From assembly GCA_963664435.2 (NCBI GenBank), contig CAXXKM010000002.1, forward strand, positions 64,001 to 128,000: a stretch of DNA of 64,000 nucleotides. The letters are read 5' to 3'. The notes beneath the pieces were generated by a model. The model searched no databases. It was given only the letters and a program-made list of their open reading frames with translations, and was not told the origin of the DNA. Made by a program: the position numbers and the translations under genes. Below, piece by piece: positions 60,292-64,000 of the stretch. The DNA comes from Longimicrobiales bacterium (GTDB taxonomy: Bacteria > Gemmatimonadota > Gemmatimonadetes > Longimicrobiales > Gaopeijiaceae). Each line of letters opens with the position of its first letter. Positions within the stretch are counted from its first letter, which is position 1.

Positions 60292-61514
60292 AGACTCGAT
60301 TCCTACCACCACCCCGATTCTTCCCAGTGTTCCTGAGCGTGGTCGCGCTTGGGTTCGCGGCGGGCGCTTGTGACGGTCCGCGCAACAACGAAACGGTGCA
60401 TCCGTTGCCCGGTCGGATTCCCGGCGGCGAGTGGGCCACGCCGATCACGCGCGATAGCGTTCCGGCGGACATGACACCCGAACGACTGGCGAAGTGGACC
60501 GCCGCGCGCGACGCGATCCGCAACGCAGGTGTATTGGTCGAGATCGGCGCCGCAGGGATGGATGACGCTGAACATTCGGATCCCTCGGTCTTCGGAAGCG
60601 TCGCCGATGTAGCGGTCGACACAGCCGGTCTTGTCTACGTTCTCGACGAGCAAGCGCAAGAGGTGCGGGCATTCGATTTCCTCGGCCGCTTCGTCCACAA
60701 ATTCGGCGGGTTCGGAGACGGACCATCTGAACTTCGGCACGCGATCGGCATCGAACTGCTCGGCGATGGGCGGATATTGGTCGCGTCGCGCGACCAGCGC
60801 GTCAAGATGTTCGCGCCCACCGAGCACGGATGGAGCGCGACCCAGACGATTGAAGCCCCGGTCGGCCCCCGCGCGGTCTGCTCGATGCGCGATGGGCGAG
60901 TCTTCATCAACGGCTACCGCCAGGATGCAAACACGCTCGTCCATCAACTGCGACTTGGAGCCGACTCGGTTGCGCCAGCCTTCGGCGAAGGCTACCGGGA
61001 CGAGAACTGGCTCATACAGATGTCGCTCGCCGAGGGCGCTTTGGCCTGCGCGAACGGTGGACACGGCGTGGTGGTGCTTGGCCATCGCGCCATTCCGCTG
61101 ATCCGGGCCTTCGACTCGCTTGACGGCTCGCTCGTGTGGGCCTCGAAGCTCGAATCGTTTTCGGGGCTGCCCGTCTACCAAGGGGTCAACGAGAGAGGAC
61201 GAAACTACGTTCGCAAGGGACGCCCGGCTGAATGGGATGTCCTGGGCTCGGTTCACCCCGTTGCAGAAGGCCACCTGCTGGTTCAGGTAGGCCACGCCAG
61301 CATGGTTCGACGGACAGTTGCCATCGAGAGTTACCTGCTGGACTCCGAGTCCGGTGCCGGAGCCTTTCTCGGCGATGAGGTGCCGAGGGCCATTCCCTTC
61401 GAGGGAGGATATGTCGCGCTGTACGAGGATCCGTACCCCCGGATCGAGGTGCGGACCTTCGGTGATTCCCAATTGATCAGGATGGCCTCCGCGCCGAAGG
61501 GGGTGACGCAATGA
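60288..61514 (+). CDS. 6-bladed (NHL-like) beta-propeller lipoprotein
   Basis: Lipobox 'AGAC'; 'DVAVDTAGLVYVLD' and 'FGGFGDGPSEL'; ATGA coupling. Confidence 0.8.
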   Translation: MKTRFLPPPRFFPVFLSVVALGFAAGACDGPRNNETVHPLPGRIPGGEWATPITRDSVPADMTPERLAKWTAARDAIRNAGVLVEIGAAGMDDAEHSDPSVFGSVADVAVDTAGLVYVLDEQAQEVRAFDFLGRFVHKFGGFGDGPSELRHAIGIELLGDGRILVASRDQRVKMFAPTEHGWSATQTIEAPVGPRAVCSMRDGRVFINGYRQDANTLVHQLRLGADSVAPAFGEGYRDENWLIQMSLAEGALACANGGHGVVVLGHRAIPLIRAFDSLDGSLVWASKLESFSGLPVYQGVNERGRNYVRKGRPAEWDVLGSVHPVAEGHLLVQVGHASMVRRTVAIESYLLDSESGAGAFLGDEVPRAIPFEGGYVALYEDPYPRIEVRTFGDSQLIRMASAPKGVTQ

Positions 61515-62146
61515 GTCGCAAGACAAGGACATGGATCGCCGGTGCGGTGTTCACGGTGGGATCGGTTGCGGGGGTCGCTCTTGCCACTCTGGGTCTGATA
61601 CCCACGGTGGACATCGAGCTTGCCGTGCCAGCGCGCGAAGCGCGGGAATACCGGCCCGGCAGCGTAGCCGCAATTGGCGTTGAAGACGAGATCGTGCTCG
61701 TGTTTCTCGGATCGTCGTCGTGTGGTTGGTCGAATCTACCCGAGGTATCGCGCGCGGTGAGAGATGCGAAGATCCTCGTCGCCGGACACGCTCGGGACGG
61801 CGGGATGCGTTTTTCCGCTCTGGGAATCGCTCTGGACGTGGACGCCTCGCGCGGCTGGGCGCATCTTCGCAAGGCGGGCTTGTTCGATGAGGTTGCGGCA
61901 GGCATGGGTTGGGCCAACAGCGGAGCCGAAAAGTATGTCTTCGGTACCTTGGCTGGCCCGGCGTCGACGCCGCAGCTACTTGTCGTCCAACGCTCTCTGC
62001 GCACCGGCCCAGGGGGACGCCCGGAGGCGGAATCCGAGCGGGTCTTGGTGAGGAGGACCGGCTCGAACGCAATCTTGAGTTGGGTGTCGCAGGGAGCCGC
62101 ATACGAGGGCCGCCCCAGCGAAGTGCGGGCTGTCGGCGGGATGTGA
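61511..62146 (+). CDS. Membrane-anchored thioredoxin-like protein (SxxC)
   Basis: N-terminal TM; 'VLVFLGSSSCGWS'; 'STPQLLVV' cis-Pro-like motif; ATGA coupling. Confidence 0.6.
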   Translation: MSRKTRTWIAGAVFTVGSVAGVALATLGLIPTVDIELAVPAREAREYRPGSVAAIGVEDEIVLVFLGSSSCGWSNLPEVSRAVRDAKILVAGHARDGGMRFSALGIALDVDASRGWAHLRKAGLFDEVAAGMGWANSGAEKYVFGTLAGPASTPQLLVVQRSLRTGPGGRPEAESERVLVRRTGSNAILSWVSQGAAYEGRPSEVRAVGGM

Positions 62147-62288
62147 TCCCATGGGACTCGTGAGATCGAATCAGCGGAGACGCGGCGATGGAAGGCGGGA
62201 TCGCCGGCCGACCCGGCGTCCTCCGGCAGTCCTCTCGCTTCAGATCCTCGGGTGTGGCATGCTGCCGATTGGATTGCTACAATGCGTC

Positions 62289-63302
62289 ATGCTCGCGGAC
62301 AACCTGCTCCGAGAAGTCCTCAACGCGTCGCCGGACGCCATCCTGGTCGTCGATGACACTGGCGTGATCCGGGATGTCAACGCGCGCGCTACGACCATGT
62401 TCGAATGGGATCGCGATGAGTTGGTCGGGGTGAGTATCGATCTCCTGGTGCCCTTCCAACACCGTGCTCGCCACGCGGATCTCAGGGCGGAATACGCGCT
62501 CCGACCCCGTGCTCGGCCAATGGGACACGGCTTGCTCCTGCATGGGGAACGAAGAGACGGCGGTCAGTTCCCGGTGGAAATCGCTCTCACGCCCTGGCAA
62601 CCCGCCGGTGATGAACCGATGGTTGTCTGCACGGTTCGAGACCTGTCCCGATTTGACCGTTGGCGCAGCATGTCCATGGCGAGGGTGGAGGCTGCGGAAG
62701 CGGAGCGGACGCGAATCGCTGCCGAGTTGCACGACGACATCGTCCAACGGATGGTCTTCATCAAGCACCGCTTCACGACCTTGCAGAACACGGCGGGCTT
62801 GTCGGCAGACGACGACCGTCTGCTGGAGCTGAGCTCAGCGATTGATCATACCATCGCGTCAATTGAGCGGATCTGCCGAGGTCTGACACCGCTGGAACTC
62901 AAGCATTTCGGACTGAGCTTCGCGTTGAGGATACTGTTTCGCGAGTATTCCGAAGCCGGGTTCGCGGTTCACGGTAACCTCATGGATGTTGGGCGGGACT
63001 TGGACCCGGCGAAGGCACTTGCCCTGTTTCGGATCGTCCAAGAGTCACTCTCCAATGCGCGCGAGCATTCGGGAGCCGACGAAGCTCTCGTCACCATGAC
63101 CCGCGATTCCGACTGGATCGAAGTCGAAGTGAGGGACGATGGTGTCGGTTTCGACACGGCCGCTGTCGCCTCGTCGGGGAGCGGCATCGGCCTCCTCGGG
63201 ATGAGTGAACGGGCCGCCATGATCGGCGGCGTCTTCGAGGTGCGCAGCATCCGCGGCGATGGCACTAGTGTTGTGCCGCTAAAGCGGTGTTGGCACGGTT
63301 GA
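62289..63302 (+). CDS. PAS sensor histidine kinase (HisKA_3), last residues replaced by IS sequence
   Basis: PAS 'SPDAILVVD...G.RRDG..FPVEIAL'; 'ERTRIAAELHDD', 'QESLSNAREHS', 'DDGVGF' and 'GLLGMSERA'. Confidence 0.9.
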   Translation: MLADNLLREVLNASPDAILVVDDTGVIRDVNARATTMFEWDRDELVGVSIDLLVPFQHRARHADLRAEYALRPRARPMGHGLLLHGERRDGGQFPVEIALTPWQPAGDEPMVVCTVRDLSRFDRWRSMSMARVEAAEAERTRIAAELHDDIVQRMVFIKHRFTTLQNTAGLSADDDRLLELSSAIDHTIASIERICRGLTPLELKHFGLSFALRILFREYSEAGFAVHGNLMDVGRDLDPAKALALFRIVQESLSNAREHSGADEALVTMTRDSDWIEVEVRDDGVGFDTAAVASSGSGIGLLGMSERAAMIGGVFEVRSIRGDGTSVVPLKRCWHG

Positions 63303-64000
63303 CCTTAGCCAGGATGTCGCGAACGGTGGCGGTCCAGACGAAGGGTTTCGGGGCGCGGTTCCTGTGGTCGATGTAGGACGTGATCGCGTGGACGAGCTGG
63401 CCGACGCTGTGGACGGCGAGGCGTTTGAGCTGGCGCTGCGTGAGTTCGGAGAAGAAGCGCTCGACGAGATTGAGCCACGAGGACGAGGTGGGCACGAAGT
63501 GGAAGTGGACTCGGGGGTGCCGGTCCAGCCAGTCCTTCACTCGGGCATGCTTGTGGGTGGCGTAGTTGTCGAGGATGAAGTGCAGGTCGAGTAGTGCAGG
63601 TCGAGTTCCGGGTCGCATTGTTTTTCGACGGTGCGCAGGAAGCGGAGGAACTCCTGGTGCCGGTGACGGGGCAGACACTGGTGGATGACCTCTCCGGTGG
63701 CGACGTCCAGCGCCGCGAACAGCGTCGTGGTCCCGTGGCGCTTGTAGTCGTGCGTCATGGTGCCCGCCCGTCCCTTCTTGAGCGGCAACCCCGGCTGGGT
63801 CCGGTCCAGGGCCTGGATCTGGCTCTTCTCGTCGAAGGAGAAGACGATCGCCCGCTCCGGCGGCGCCACGTAGAGCCCCACCACGTCGCGGAGCTTCTCG
63901 ACGAAGCGGGGATCGGTGGAGAGCTTGAAGTAGCGCACCCTGTGGGGCTTCAGTCCGTGGGCGTTCCAGATCCGCCCCACCTGGCTGTGATGCAGCCCCA
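63265..64000 (-). mobile_element. IS630 family element with frameshifted transposase; runs off the window
   Basis: '[11 protein letters not shown]', '[15 protein letters not shown]', 'DNYATHK' and 'SSWLNLVERFF'; stop lies within CTAG at 63265; 14-nt duplication at 63579-63606. Confidence 0.95.

Overview
GC-rich bacterial chromosomal window. The gene content (DUF4837 pair, Ig/cadherin-repeat and LRR lipoproteins, Rpn remnant, this integrase type) suggests a Gemmatimonadota, possibly a host-associated Palauibacter-like lineage; this is inference, not a database result. Bases 1-46.5 kb are mostly core genes: AI-2E transporter, waaA, GT9, dnaE, rlpA, CYTH, SSS transporter, DmpA peptidase, DUF1015, amidase, cysK, an argR-X-argC-argD-argB operon, a DHS-like gene, a GMC oxidoreductase pair, DUF72, beta-propeller plus MoaD, and ligD/ku. 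Large repeat-rich surface proteases are interspersed, two with single-base frameshifts. From about 46.5 kb to the end is a mobile island. It holds stacked 5'-truncated gene remnants, two nested tyrosine-recombinase elements with alignable ends, hypothetical genes, strong hairpins and a disrupted wHTH/Rep-like gene. It also carries a cargo operon (secreted Cys-rich peptide, TonB-dependent receptor, DUF4249-like lipoprotein, beta-propeller lipoprotein, thioredoxin-like protein, PAS histidine kinase) cut by a dead IS630. Best candidates for undescribed biology: (1) the peptide/TBDR operon; (2) a DUF1611-like P-loop protein in the ArgA/ArgJ slot of the arginine operon; (3) the nested, apparently low-specificity integrase elements. 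All family calls come from motif recognition by eye; no searches were run.
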